From positions 32,001 through 96,000 of IMG/VR virus record IMGVR_UViG_3300028048_000092: a DNA stretch of 64,000 nucleotides, one strand, 5' to 3'. Source of the DNA: a virus. Its lineage: Duplodnaviria > Caudoviricetes. A program made the translations under genes and the position numbers. The notes under the pieces are model-generated. The model searched no databases. It worked only from the letters and a program-made list of their open reading frames with translations, and was not told the DNA's origin. Shown piece after piece: positions 1-9,260 of this stretch (position 1 is the first letter of the stretch; every line of letters starts with the position of its first letter).

Positions 1-125
1 TCAAGAAGTGTTTTTAAAGCGGTCCAAGAGGGTAAGAACTGGCTTACTATGGTTTGTAGATGTTATCTTCAGTATAAAAAGTATTATGAAAAGTATCGTC
101 AATATGAGACAGAAGGGAGTCCTAA

Positions 126-383
126 ATGGAAGAAGTAAAATATATTGTTATTTTTGAACCTTATGGTGACATGTGGCAATATTACGGACCTTTTGATACT
201 GAGGAAGGCGCACGAAAATCTATTATGGATAAGGCTAATGAATTTTGTCTAGGCCTTAAGCACGGAACAGTTGAAGTCGTTTCAGACAACAATCCGTTTC
301 AAGTTGAAGTGCTTGATGAGGATGAAGAGGAGGCTCATCAGTGGCATATAGAAGTTTTGCTTCCTGTAGACAAGGAGTCCTAA
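126..383 (+). CDS. hypothetical phage protein
   Basis: ORF with RBS in a tightly packed + strand cluster; TAA stop. Confidence 0.7.
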   Translation: MEEVKYIVIFEPYGDMWQYYGPFDTEEGARKSIMDKANEFCLGLKHGTVEVVSDNNPFQVEVLDEDEEEAHQWHIEVLLPVDKES

Positions 384-749
384 ATGGGTTCTATATCTGA
401 CCTTGTTCCTAACAGAACTCTCTGCAGGAAGCTTCCAAAGAAGGACTTCAAGAACAGCACCTTTGTTTGGTTCCGTATAAATGGGGATATCTTTAAAGAT
501 CCATACTGGGTATTGGAGACAAGAGAGAGGTTGAATTCTCTTCAAGTAAAATTGGAGTATGAAATCTGGTTTCCAGCACCTTCTGCAGAAGACTTTTGGG
601 AGAAATTGCCTGAGGGAACTTATGTTTTTATTGATAAGAGTAAGAGGCCATATACTGCGGCATATACAGACGTGATTGCTACAGGTAAAACTTGTGCTGA
701 AGCACTAGCAAAGCTTTATATTAAACTTAAGAAGGAGAAGATGCTATGA
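384..749 (+). CDS. hypothetical protein, early paralog family A
   Basis: DLVP..LC.KLP...F..S..VW ... PAP motif shared with 746, 1781 and 2883. Confidence 0.8.
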   Translation: MGSISDLVPNRTLCRKLPKKDFKNSTFVWFRINGDIFKDPYWVLETRERLNSLQVKLEYEIWFPAPSAEDFWEKLPEGTYVFIDKSKRPYTAAYTDVIATGKTCAEALAKLYIKLKKEKML

Positions 750-1120
750 GACTGCGTGATATCGTACCGTCAGTGGAGCTTTGTCAGAAGCTTCCGGAAG
801 GAGTTTTTACAGACAGTGCATTTTACTGGTGTAAACCGAATACCAGTGAATGGTGTGTTATTCATAATCCTGGAAAGGAATATATTGAACACGCAGGAAA
901 GAATTGCTGTCCTGCGCCGACTGTAGAAGAGCTTTTAGTTAAGATGGACTGGAGGAATGCAAATACTTTTCGAGTTGAGAAAGATATTGAGGAGTGGTTT
1001 GTTTCTCAAATGAGTACAGCTCAGGTAGGTACAGTTGATGTTGGTGCAAAATCATTTACAGATGCTATTGCAAACGTGTATTTAATCAAGCATAAAGGGA
1101 GATCGGAGGGTACCGATTAA
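746..1120 (+). CDS. hypothetical protein, early paralog family A
   Basis: DIVPSVELCQKLPEGVF ... PAPTVEELL; ATGA overlap with the upstream gene. Confidence 0.8.
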   Translation: MRLRDIVPSVELCQKLPEGVFTDSAFYWCKPNTSEWCVIHNPGKEYIEHAGKNCCPAPTVEELLVKMDWRNANTFRVEKDIEEWFVSQMSTAQVGTVDVGAKSFTDAIANVYLIKHKGRSEGTD

Positions 1121-1150
1121 TGATCCTTGGGAATATTCACAGGAGGAGTA

Positions 1151-1342
1151 ATGACAACTGAAGAGAAGTATTATTCAGCTAAGATGGCTTTGAAGATGAT
1201 TGCTGCAGTTGAACCGAAGCAGCAATGGGTGGAGCCTCATTACAATAATGGTTACAGCGAGCCGTGCAGTCAATGTACTAAGATGCTTCAAACGGCAAAG
1301 ATTGCTTTGAAGGAACTGGAGGAAAACAATAAGGATGTTTAA
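1151..1342 (+). CDS. small hypothetical protein with CxxC
   Basis: AGGAGG RBS before ATG 1151; PCSQC. Confidence 0.65.
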   Translation: MTTEEKYYSAKMALKMIAAVEPKQQWVEPHYNNGYSEPCSQCTKMLQTAKIALKELEENNKDV

Positions 1343-1784
1343 ACCGGTAACTGATCTTTCAGACGAGGAGTTTCTTACTAACTATCATTCTAATAGACTT
1401 GATAGTGTGGCAGGAGACAGAAAGAATAAATGTTCTTTAGTGCCCCTTGCAGAGCTGATACCTTTGTTAGAGGCCGAGAAAGAGAATCTAGAGAATAAAA
1501 TTCGATTGGTAGAGACCATCTCTATGGCATATCCAGATATTATGCTGGATCCATTTGAGCTGTTACATTCTACAGTGATGCTTGAACGTCCGGCAACAGA
1601 ATGGCTCTCACTTATATTGGAAGAGGCATCCAGGTTCAAGGCTGCTGTTCTGTATAGAGGTTACAAACTAGAAAAGTCTAAGCTGACTAGAAAAGCCAAG
1701 AAGCAGCTGGAGGAGCGTTTTAAGCTGTCTGAAAAGGATGCGAAGACATTCTTGGATGAGATCGAAAGGAAATATGGAGAATGA
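1335..1784 (+). CDS. hypothetical protein
   Basis: 149-aa ORF overlapping its neighbours. Confidence 0.7.
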   Translation: MFKPVTDLSDEEFLTNYHSNRLDSVAGDRKNKCSLVPLAELIPLLEAEKENLENKIRLVETISMAYPDIMLDPFELLHSTVMLERPATEWLSLILEEASRFKAAVLYRGYKLEKSKLTRKAKKQLEERFKLSEKDAKTFLDEIERKYGE

Positions 1785-2142
1785 AACTGGAAGACTTAGT
1801 TCCTTCGTTGGAGTTGTGCAAGCAGATACCTAAGGGGAGTTTGAGTACACGGCGTTAGTGTGGTGGGGGGCATGTGTATATCAAAGATTGTATCCCGACG
1901 GAGTACGCTTTAATACTCTGTGGCATAAAAAAGGTACAACCCCTGCACCGACTTTGCACGAGATACTCGAGGATCTGGCTCAGGATGAGAGGTGTCCGGA
2001 GGTGAAAGCCCTTCTAGTTGCCAACGGGAAGGTTATCTATACTCTTCAGGCAGACGGAAAGGTTAGTCAAGGAACTTCGGTAGATGACGCTATGAAGCTG
2101 TGGCTGAAGTTAAATAAGGAGGAATCTGAAAATGACAAATGA
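1781..2142 (+). pseudogene. family A paralog with a 1-nt frameshift in a G run
   Basis: MKLEDLVPSLELCKQIPKG from ATG 1781 continues in another frame as EFEYTALVWW...PAPTLHEIL; the break is at GGGG near 1834-1837. Confidence 0.7.
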
Positions 2143-2323
2143 GGAGCGGCTTAAGCGCTTGTCAACTGAGCAGCTAGCCAGAGTTCTTTCGCGTCTCACA
2201 CGATATTACGACGGACTGATTGGCTGTACTTTCTGGCAGAGTCCTTTTTCTGGTAGAGACAGATGTGATGCAGCAGATTCTCAAGAGGATTTCATCAAAT
2301 GGCTGAAGGAGGATGCCAAATGA
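2132..2323 (+). CDS. small protein, early paralog family B
   Basis: MTNEERL..LSTEQLA ... SP ... IKWLKE. Confidence 0.75.
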   Translation: MTNEERLKRLSTEQLARVLSRLTRYYDGLIGCTFWQSPFSGRDRCDAADSQEDFIKWLKEDAK

Positions 2324-2502
2324 CAAATAAAGAGAAATTACAAACAGCCGCTGAAGACGAGCTTGCAGAGATGCTTGTAAGAATTACCGAGTATATTGAT
2401 GACTTCGGGCATACACACTATGCAAGTCCTAATGGATTTTGTCTGTCAGTGGAAGAAGCCAAGGAAGAAATTATTAAGTGGCTAAAGGAGGAAGCAAAGT
2501 GA
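2320..2502 (+). CDS. small protein, early paralog family B
   Basis: MTNKEKL...EDELAE ... SPNG ... IKWLKEE. Confidence 0.75.
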   Translation: MTNKEKLQTAAEDELAEMLVRITEYIDDFGHTHYASPNGFCLSVEEAKEEIIKWLKEEAK

Positions 2503-2705
2503 ATACTGAGAAACTTTTATCCTCACATCAAGGTCCCTCGATATACACTGATGAGTGGTACAGGGAACAGGCACAAAGGGCAGAGAAAGCATGGTGTGAA
2601 TATATTGATTATTTGTGGGACTTAGCCGACAAGAAAAAGCCCCTCATTCAGAGGAAACTAGACAGAATAAAAGAAATGCAGAGGAGGGTTGTTGTAAATG
2701 ACTAA
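2499..2705 (+). CDS. hypothetical protein
   Basis: GTGA overlap start with RBS. Confidence 0.6.
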   Translation: MNTEKLLSSHQGPSIYTDEWYREQAQRAEKAWCEYIDYLWDLADKKKPLIQRKLDRIKEMQRRVVVND

Positions 2706-2886
2706 CGAAGATAGAATCCGAAGTATGCCCACGGAGGAGCTTGCTGAAAGACTTATCTGGATGACCAAAAGTCATTCGCAAGGAAGCGACGATATATTTT
2801 GGCATTCACCATCAGGTTTCCTCAGCTGGTTCAAGGAAAAAGCTATTAAGGACTGTATCAAATGGCTTAAGGAGGAAGTAAAATGA
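2698..2886 (+). CDS. small protein, early paralog family B
   Basis: MTNEDRI...TEELAE ... SPSG ... IKWLKEE. Confidence 0.75.
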   Translation: MTNEDRIRSMPTEELAERLIWMTKSHSQGSDDIFWHSPSGFLSWFKEKAIKDCIKWLKEEVK

Positions 2887-3305
2887 GTTCTTCTTTGTCG
2901 ATCCTCGCTCTACCTTTGGAGGATTGTAAAAGAATCCCGGAAGGTTACTTTAGTGAGTCAGTATTAGTCTGGACCAAAGTATTTCATCCAAAGGATTTAG
3001 TTGAGCTGCCGCCTGCTGTAGTACCTCGTAAAGATGTTATACTTAGCAGGTTCTTATGTCCAGCGCCTACACTGGAAGAGATTTTAGAGAACTTAAAGTT
3101 ATATAAGTATTTGCCCGCTTGTCTTGCGGATGAGGACGGGAGTTATTTTACAACGGTCAAATGGCCTCCATATGCAGAGGAGCGTATGCATAGATGTGGC
3201 GGTACAGCTGTAGAATCCGCCTGGAATACCTGGTTGGCAATGTATAAACTAAGAGAATCTGAAAAAGAAATGAAAGAAAGGGAGCGTTTGAACAGTGACA
3301 GATAA
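2883..3305 (+). CDS. hypothetical protein, early paralog family A
   Basis: LEDCKRIPEGYFSESVLVW ... CPAPTLEEIL. Confidence 0.75.
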   Translation: MSSSLSILALPLEDCKRIPEGYFSESVLVWTKVFHPKDLVELPPAVVPRKDVILSRFLCPAPTLEEILENLKLYKYLPACLADEDGSYFTTVKWPPYAEERMHRCGGTAVESAWNTWLAMYKLRESEKEMKERERLNSDR

Positions 3306-4206
3306 ATATAAAGCAGTAGTGTTTACAGGCGGTGGTTACTTCGGGGTAACTATTGCTTCCTTTTTGTCCTTCCTTGGTAAGGACTATGATGTGCCCAATC
3401 ATGTGGACTGCTTAGCAGGTACTTCTATCGGAGGTATCATTGCATGTGCCCTTATGGGAGGATGCTCAACGCAGGACCTTCTCGATGGTTTTATTAAGAA
3501 TGGTGAAAAGATCTTCACCAAGAGATGGCAGAACAGGATCAATCCTTTAAACCTTCCTTTTTATAGCAATAAGGCCTTGAAGGAGACTATTGAGGAGTTT
3601 GTGGGAGAGCAAACCCTGGAGGATGTAAGAAGGGCCTATCCATGCACAGCTATGTTTGTCCCTGCGACGAATATGACAAAGAACCGTCTGAAAGTCTTTG
3701 ATACTGTAGATCCTGCTGATGCTCATTATAAGCTCTCAGATGTAGCGCTCTATACAAGCGCCGCGGAATTCTATTTTCCTGTGTTGGAAGATGAAGGAGA
3801 TGCGATCACAGATGGAGGCATCAGAGAGTGCTGCCCAGTGGTGACTACAGCTTGTGCTATCAAGGACAAAGTCGGTGTGGACTTTAAGGATATTGACATG
3901 TTCGTATTCGGAGTCGGCACATCCATTGATGGTATTGACAAGGGCTGCGGTACTTATGAAGAGATCAAGAAATGGGGAGCTCTTGATTGGGTCAGGAAGT
4001 TTGTAGTTCCCGATGTTACTAACAGTAATATCTCCATGAGTATCTTTTGGGGAGAACATCTTGGGTTCAACAGCTTCACGTTCTTCAATCCAATCCAGAT
4101 TTATGGTGGTATGGATGATGTCTCAGTGACTGATCATATTCTTACAGAGAGTATTATGTACAAGGAGAAGTTCCTGGAAGAGTGGGAGAAGTTCCTTGAG
4201 CGCTGA
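3295..4206 (+). CDS. patatin-like phospholipase
   Basis: Oxyanion loop GGGYFG, nucleophile elbow GTSIGG, catalytic DGG. Confidence 0.9.
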   Translation: MTDKYKAVVFTGGGYFGVTIASFLSFLGKDYDVPNHVDCLAGTSIGGIIACALMGGCSTQDLLDGFIKNGEKIFTKRWQNRINPLNLPFYSNKALKETIEEFVGEQTLEDVRRAYPCTAMFVPATNMTKNRLKVFDTVDPADAHYKLSDVALYTSAAEFYFPVLEDEGDAITDGGIRECCPVVTTACAIKDKVGVDFKDIDMFVFGVGTSIDGIDKGCGTYEEIKKWGALDWVRKFVVPDVTNSNISMSIFWGEHLGFNSFTFFNPIQIYGGMDDVSVTDHILTESIMYKEKFLEEWEKFLER

Positions 4207-4537
4207 TAGATTCAAAACCACAATAACCATTGAGTGTTTTCCCAATACTTTTCAGGAGCTTTATAAGAAGTTGAAGGCTGTAAGGGAATTTGTCTTCAGC
4301 CCTTCTGTAAAGCTTTCTGTACATAGTGTGGACAAACAAGATCCCAATGAACTTGGACAGTACTATGTAATACTTGAAGGAGAAAGTGTGAGGTTAAGTC
4401 ATACTGATTTTGATTTAATAGAGCGTTTCTTTGCAAAGCTGCATAGATACTGGTCCATGAGTATAACACAGGATGTGTTTACCGGGGATAAAGCACAGGA
4501 GGCCTTCTTAAGTGTGTGGCCTCCAAAGAAAACATAA
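4196..4537 (+). CDS. hypothetical protein
   Basis: ORF overlapping the patatin stop. Confidence 0.6.
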   Translation: MSADRFKTTITIECFPNTFQELYKKLKAVREFVFSPSVKLSVHSVDKQDPNELGQYYVILEGESVRLSHTDFDLIERFFAKLHRYWSMSITQDVFTGDKAQEAFLSVWPPKKT

Positions 4538-4648
4538 GGAGGTTCAAATGAACGAGCGGGATATAGCTGCTATTGAGTTATTTGCAGCTTTTAGGAAGGA
4601 TGCTTATGCAACACTTAAGAAGCAGCCTCAAGAACTGGGAGAAGAAGT

Positions 4649-5041
4649 ATGAGTGAGTTTGAGCTGGGAGAAACAGTCTATGTGCTGTATTCACAAGGTG
4701 TGTGGACGGTTGAGGATCCTGTAACATTTGATTTACTCGAGGTAGAGGGGAGTATCATGTCGTCCAGCTCGGTGTTTCATCCGCAGGTTACTTCAAAAGA
4801 TGCCTGGGTAGAGGCGACTTTTGGCGTTCTACCGATTCGTTGTAGGCATAAAGTCGATAACAGGTGGAGCGAATGGTATGAAAGTTCTTTGTACAGTACT
4901 GTATCTCGTTCTTCTGACTATATGTACAGAACTCTAAAGGAAGTCAACGAAGCTTTTAATAGAAGATGTGAGGAAAGAGAAGAGCAGCAGATAAAAGTGC
5001 TGAAGAACATACAGAAACACCTCGACAAACAAGGAGAATGA
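4649..5041 (+). CDS. hypothetical protein, early paralog family C
   Basis: N-terminal F.LGETVY motif, C-terminal coiled coil. Confidence 0.7.
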   Translation: MSEFELGETVYVLYSQGVWTVEDPVTFDLLEVEGSIMSSSSVFHPQVTSKDAWVEATFGVLPIRCRHKVDNRWSEWYESSLYSTVSRSSDYMYRTLKEVNEAFNRRCEEREEQQIKVLKNIQKHLDKQGE

Positions 5042-5042
5042 G

Positions 5043-5492
5043 ATGGAGGGAACGAAACCGAAATTCAAGTTGGGACAGCTTGTATATGGCAGGATTACAC
5101 CTACTGCCTGGGCGCCTGTCTTTAAGGGCCGTATTCGTGCTGTTATAACTACAAGTAGAGCACATCAGACAGATTACTATACTTATGATATTAAGATCCA
5201 AGCAAGACAGGAGACCCCTGTAGACGCTTGGGTAAAGCCGGATAGGTATAGTGAATATATAAATTTAAGTGCTTCCAGCCTCTTCTCTTCATATGAGGAG
5301 ATATTGTCCACTTGGAATAATCATGCAGGAATCCAAGTTTGTGAAAATAATATTGGTTACCTAGAAGGCGACATATATGATAAGAAGCGCCAGATTAAAG
5401 AGCAGCAGCGAGAGCTTACTGTTATGAAAAATAAGCTTAAGAAGTTGCAGCAGAGACTCAAGAAACTTAAAGAGCTTGAAGGAGGAAAATGA
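5043..5492 (+). CDS. hypothetical protein, early paralog family C
   Basis: KPKFKLGQLVY plus coiled-coil tail. Confidence 0.75.
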   Translation: MEGTKPKFKLGQLVYGRITPTAWAPVFKGRIRAVITTSRAHQTDYYTYDIKIQARQETPVDAWVKPDRYSEYINLSASSLFSSYEEILSTWNNHAGIQVCENNIGYLEGDIYDKKRQIKEQQRELTVMKNKLKKLQQRLKKLKELEGGK

Positions 5493-5965
5493 AACTTCAA
5501 ACAAAGTATAATATTGGTTCCACTCTATTCCTGCCGGTGCAGGAATGGGATAACGAGTGGTATGTCAGTTGTGTCAGAGTCGAGAGAATTGAACTCAGAA
5601 TCACATCTACTACTAATATAGAGGAGTATTATGTTGTCAGTCAGGTAAAGTCTGCAAAGATTCCTAAGAAGTTAGGCAGTGCAGTAGTATTTTCGAGAAA
5701 GAAACTGCAAACTGTGCCGGATTTTGTTCTTAGAGATGCTTTGATCCAGGATCTCTGGAAGGCACATGCAAAGGTTATTGCAGCCCGGGAACAGGAAGAG
5801 CGGGAGATCCTGCATAGAAAAATAGACGATACGGTGAAGGCTATTAAGTATTGTCAGGAGGACTATGAAGAACTTCCGGGTAAGATAGAGAAGCTCAAGC
5901 AGCAACTGAAGAGGGAAGAAGCTAAGCTGAAGAAGCTTGTAAAGGAGAAGGAAAATGAACATTAA
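5489..5965 (+). CDS. hypothetical protein, early paralog family C
   Basis: QTKYNIGSTLF plus coiled-coil tail (EELP motif shared with 5955). Confidence 0.75.
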   Translation: MKLQTKYNIGSTLFLPVQEWDNEWYVSCVRVERIELRITSTTNIEEYYVVSQVKSAKIPKKLGSAVVFSRKKLQTVPDFVLRDALIQDLWKAHAKVIAAREQEEREILHRKIDDTVKAIKYCQEDYEELPGKIEKLKQQLKREEAKLKKLVKEKENEH

Positions 5966-6425
5966 AACGAAGTTCGGTATCGAAGATATCGTATATTGGT
6001 TCGGCATTTGGAGAGACCAGCCAGCCCTGTACACAGGTACTGTAGTTAGTATTGAGATGGATAGAGAAGAAGAACTTACGTATGAAGTTCTTATTACTCA
6101 TGTAGCTCATCCCAATACAGAATGGCAATGCTGGTACGGCGAAGATTGTGTTAGACATTTCTATGAGAATGAATTGTTTACTTCTGAAGAATCCCTTAAG
6201 AAGAAGGGCGAACGGAGTTTCCTTGAAACAAAGGTAGCAGTAGCTATGAAAACTCTGGATACTCTAGAGACAGCGCTCTTGGAAAACGAGAAGAAATTTG
6301 AGGAGCTTCCGCATGCTATTGATGGTTTGCATAGGGCCATTGAAGCACAAAGAAAGGAGCTTAAAGAACTTAGGGCTAGAATTGCCGAGCTGGATAAGAA
6401 AGCAGCTAAGAAGAAGCGTGAATGA
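5955..6425 (+). CDS. hypothetical protein, early paralog family C
   Basis: KTKFGIEDIVY plus coiled-coil tail. Confidence 0.75.
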   Translation: MNIKTKFGIEDIVYWFGIWRDQPALYTGTVVSIEMDREEELTYEVLITHVAHPNTEWQCWYGEDCVRHFYENELFTSEESLKKKGERSFLETKVAVAMKTLDTLETALLENEKKFEELPHAIDGLHRAIEAQRKELKELRARIAELDKKAAKKKRE

Positions 6426-6437
6426 AAGGAGAGAAAA

Positions 6438-6833
6438 ATGCTGGATGAAAACGGAAAAATCAAATGTATTTATACCAAAAGAACCCCTGAAACTTTTCCA
6501 CGGTTTCATATAGTTCGTCCTACATGGGAATTTGAATTGAATCATAAAATTTATGATATGTTTGAAAATAAAGAGGGTATCATAATCGAGAATATTTTGG
6601 ATATTCCGACTGATGCACAATGTATTTGTGTTAATGATACCATTAACAAAGTCAGGAAATTTTTGATTCTTTTGTATAAGAAAGACCTTGAATTGTCTGC
6701 CGAAGATTTATGGCAATTTTTTGATGTTAATTCAAATCAATTCCCGGATTTCAAAATCAAACATCAGATTTTTAAAGTGGATGATGATATGGAATCTGCC
6801 GTTCAATTTTTTCTCAAAAAATTGAAATCTTGA
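6438..6833 (+). CDS. hypothetical protein (AT-rich relative to neighbours)
   Basis: AAGGAG RBS; visibly lower GC. Confidence 0.7.
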   Translation: MLDENGKIKCIYTKRTPETFPRFHIVRPTWEFELNHKIYDMFENKEGIIIENILDIPTDAQCICVNDTINKVRKFLILLYKKDLELSAEDLWQFFDVNSNQFPDFKIKHQIFKVDDDMESAVQFFLKKLKS

Positions 6834-6860
6834 CTTAACTTTTGAAAAATGTGCTATATT
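6830..6860 (+). promoter_or_regulatory. putative sigma70-type promoter
   Basis: TTGACT ... TG-C-TATATT (extended -10) upstream of the 6880/sigma operon; 19-nt spacer is long. Confidence 0.45.
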
Positions 6861-6879
6861 ACTTGCGAGGAGGTTTGAA

Positions 6880-7104
6880 ATGGAGGATTGGAACTACTTA
6901 GTTTTCCAAGCTTTTGACTATCCTATACTTATTCGCTATAAATGTGCAGATAGGCACGTTTCGGCGGAGGAGATAGAAGAGGCTATCTGCAATTATTTGG
7001 ATGAGGATTCCGACGCAGAGTATGAACAGGTGGCGAAGGATGTAATGGCCTCTTTTGAGAATGTTACATTTGAGTTCCTGCCTTGTAGAGAAATCAATTA
7101 CTGA
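6880..7104 (+). CDS. hypothetical protein
   Basis: GAGGAGG RBS. Confidence 0.7.
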   Translation: MEDWNYLVFQAFDYPILIRYKCADRHVSAEEIEEAICNYLDEDSDAEYEQVAKDVMASFENVTFEFLPCREINY

Positions 7105-7114
7105 GGAGGTTTGA

Positions 7115-7900
7115 ATGTCTTATCTCTTAAAGTTCTCCCTGCCGCCTCTTACACAGGAGCAGGAAAGGGAACTCATAAAGAAGGCCCACGAGGATACCGC
7201 AGAAAGCGACTCTGCTGTAGACACCTTGCTGAGAAGCAACATCAAGCTGCTTTATAAGCTTGCAAGGGAATTCATGCCGTGCAACCTTACACTGGATGAT
7301 CTTGCAGCTGAAGGAGCTACAGGACTTGTATATGCCATAGGCAAGTTCGATCTTAACCAGGATGTGCGCTTCATCACTTATGCCTGCTGGTGGATGCGCC
7401 AGAAGATGCGCATAGCTATTGCCAATCAGGGTTCCACTGTAAGAGTGCCTGCAAAAGCAAATGTCACCAGAGCCAAGATCCTTCACAGCAAAGCAGAGCT
7501 GGAGGAACTTCTGGGACATGAGCCTTCTTTACAGGAACTTTCACATTACCTGGAAATGCCTGAGCTGCAGATAAGGCAGCTTCTGTACAGTCTTGGTTAT
7601 GATGTGCGTGTAGGAACAGCAGACGAAGAAGATGCTGTTGATATCGAAGATATTCTTGGAGATCTTCCAATGGAGGGTTTCCTGGAAGCAACAGATAGAA
7701 AGGAGCAGAAACAAAAACTGGAAAGAGCATGGAGAAGCCTTCCCAAAAGAGACAGATACATCCTGTCCTTAAGGTTCGGCTTTGACAGAGGAACTCCCCG
7801 TACACTTGAGCAGGTTGCCCAGGAAGTAGGGAGATGCAAGGAAAGAGTCAGACAGCTGCAGGATGAAGCGCTGTCGAAGCTCAAACAAAAGATGCAATAA
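7115..7900 (+). CDS. sigma-70 family RNA polymerase sigma factor (RpoD/RpoS-like regions 2-4)
   Basis: DDLAAEGATGLVYAIGKFD, RFITYACWWMRQ, TVRVP, LRFG...RTLEQVA...ERVRQLQDEALSKL. Confidence 0.92.
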   Translation: MSYLLKFSLPPLTQEQERELIKKAHEDTAESDSAVDTLLRSNIKLLYKLAREFMPCNLTLDDLAAEGATGLVYAIGKFDLNQDVRFITYACWWMRQKMRIAIANQGSTVRVPAKANVTRAKILHSKAELEELLGHEPSLQELSHYLEMPELQIRQLLYSLGYDVRVGTADEEDAVDIEDILGDLPMEGFLEATDRKEQKQKLERAWRSLPKRDRYILSLRFGFDRGTPRTLEQVAQEVGRCKERVRQLQDEALSKLKQKMQ

Positions 7901-7943
7901 AATGAAGTGCCCGAAAGGGCCAGGAAAATGAGGAGAAAACGAG

Positions 7944-8411
7944 ATGAGTATGCAAGGAAGAATTATTAACTACACCGAAATCAGCTTTAACTGCGATGAA
8001 GCCACTTTCAAGAAGATCGAAGAAGTCTTCAAGGAGACTCGTCTGGAAAGACTGAACTACTATGATCTTTGCATTGATTACTCAGAAGAGGATCATGCAG
8101 GGATCGTTACTGTTCAGGACAGTGAAGTCGGCAATGACTGGGACATTCAGCTGGAAGACTTTGATGTTTTGCTGATGACCTATGATACACACTTGGAAGG
8201 ATACTATATCGAAGATATTGTATCTGATATTGTCCGTGTGGATATTCTCAGGTCCGTGGAAGCAGAAGGACATACGGAGCTGCAGACGAGATCCAATGGT
8301 CTCATGTGGCTTGCGGACTATACGGCAGAGCAGATCCAGGCTATCCATGAAGCTGCCAAGGAAATGTTTCCTGAGCAGCCTGCGGAAAGGAGCGACAGCT
8401 ATGGAGAATAA
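7944..8411 (+). CDS. acidic hypothetical protein
   Basis: 155-aa ORF with RBS. Confidence 0.7.
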   Translation: MSMQGRIINYTEISFNCDEATFKKIEEVFKETRLERLNYYDLCIDYSEEDHAGIVTVQDSEVGNDWDIQLEDFDVLLMTYDTHLEGYYIEDIVSDIVRVDILRSVEAEGHTELQTRSNGLMWLADYTAEQIQAIHEAAKEMFPEQPAERSDSYGE

Positions 8412-8592
8412 TATGTGGATTATCCTTGCGCTCCTGTTGCTGCTCTTTGGAGTGACTTGTTTCTTCCTGGGATTTTCATATGGAAGACCTAATGGATATG
8501 CAGAGGCATGTAAAGATTTCCACTCAGGTTCTTTGCGTATGGAACTGAAAGAATACCCTGGCGGAGAACGCTGCTGGGTTTGGAAGAAGTAA
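8401..8592 (+). CDS. small membrane protein
   Basis: MENNMWIILALLLLLFGVTCFFLGF hydrophobic helix. Confidence 0.65.
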   Translation: MENNMWIILALLLLLFGVTCFFLGFSYGRPNGYAEACKDFHSGSLRMELKEYPGGERCWVWKK

Positions 8593-8597
8593 CAATA

Positions 8598-8762
8598 AGC
8601 ACTTGATCAGTTAAGACTCTTCATCGTTTCGATGAAATAGTAAAACGCGAGGAAGTCGTTTCTTTTCTCGCAGCAGGTGCCAGAAGCTCAGGATACTGGG
8701 CTGAAACCCCAGTATCCAAGAGCTCGGGCCACTGCTGCGCTAAAGTTGACTGGTCAAGTGCT
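8598..8762 (+). ncRNA. putative multibranch structured RNA
   Basis: 17-bp closing helix 8598-8614/8746-8762 with two G.U pairs enclosing three hairpins. Confidence 0.6.
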
Positions 8763-8787
8763 GTTTTAAAATGAAAATATAGGAGGA

Positions 8788-9231
8788 GTGAAAATGAACA
8801 GAACACAGATTAAGTACTTTGAACACCGCATGGAAGAAATCAAGCAGCTGAAAAGGTGTGAGATATACAACGCTTCAAGTAGTAAAGCCGATAAAGTTGT
8901 CAGGATTAAGTCAAGAGTGCTGGCGTATATGCAAAAGCATAAAAGGGCTGTTATGCAACAATTATATGATAAGGCGCTGGAGATTTTAAACAGCGATATG
9001 TGGAATTCTGGTGTAGACCTTACTTCTGACGGAAGTAGAGGTGTGGCATACAAGCCTGAATTTGTATTAGATGCTATTAAGGCGTATGACAATGATATGG
9101 ATGTGCTAGCCAAAGAGCGCGAGGTCAAGTGCGAAGAGCTCAATAAGAAGTTTACAGAATTGATGGATAAGTTTTATCTTTCAGATTGTCCGGACTGTAC
9201 TGCTCTTATGGAAGAGTTGCGCAGTTTCTAA
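8788..9231 (+). CDS. hypothetical protein, tandem paralog 1
   Basis: Aligns with 9326-9763 (Q.KYF..R, LAY..KHKR.V..QLY, ELMDKFY.S). Confidence 0.8.
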   Translation: MKMNRTQIKYFEHRMEEIKQLKRCEIYNASSSKADKVVRIKSRVLAYMQKHKRAVMQQLYDKALEILNSDMWNSGVDLTSDGSRGVAYKPEFVLDAIKAYDNDMDVLAKEREVKCEELNKKFTELMDKFYLSDCPDCTALMEELRSF

Positions 9232-9260
9232 TTAGAACAAATAGAGGGACCGTCAGGCCC

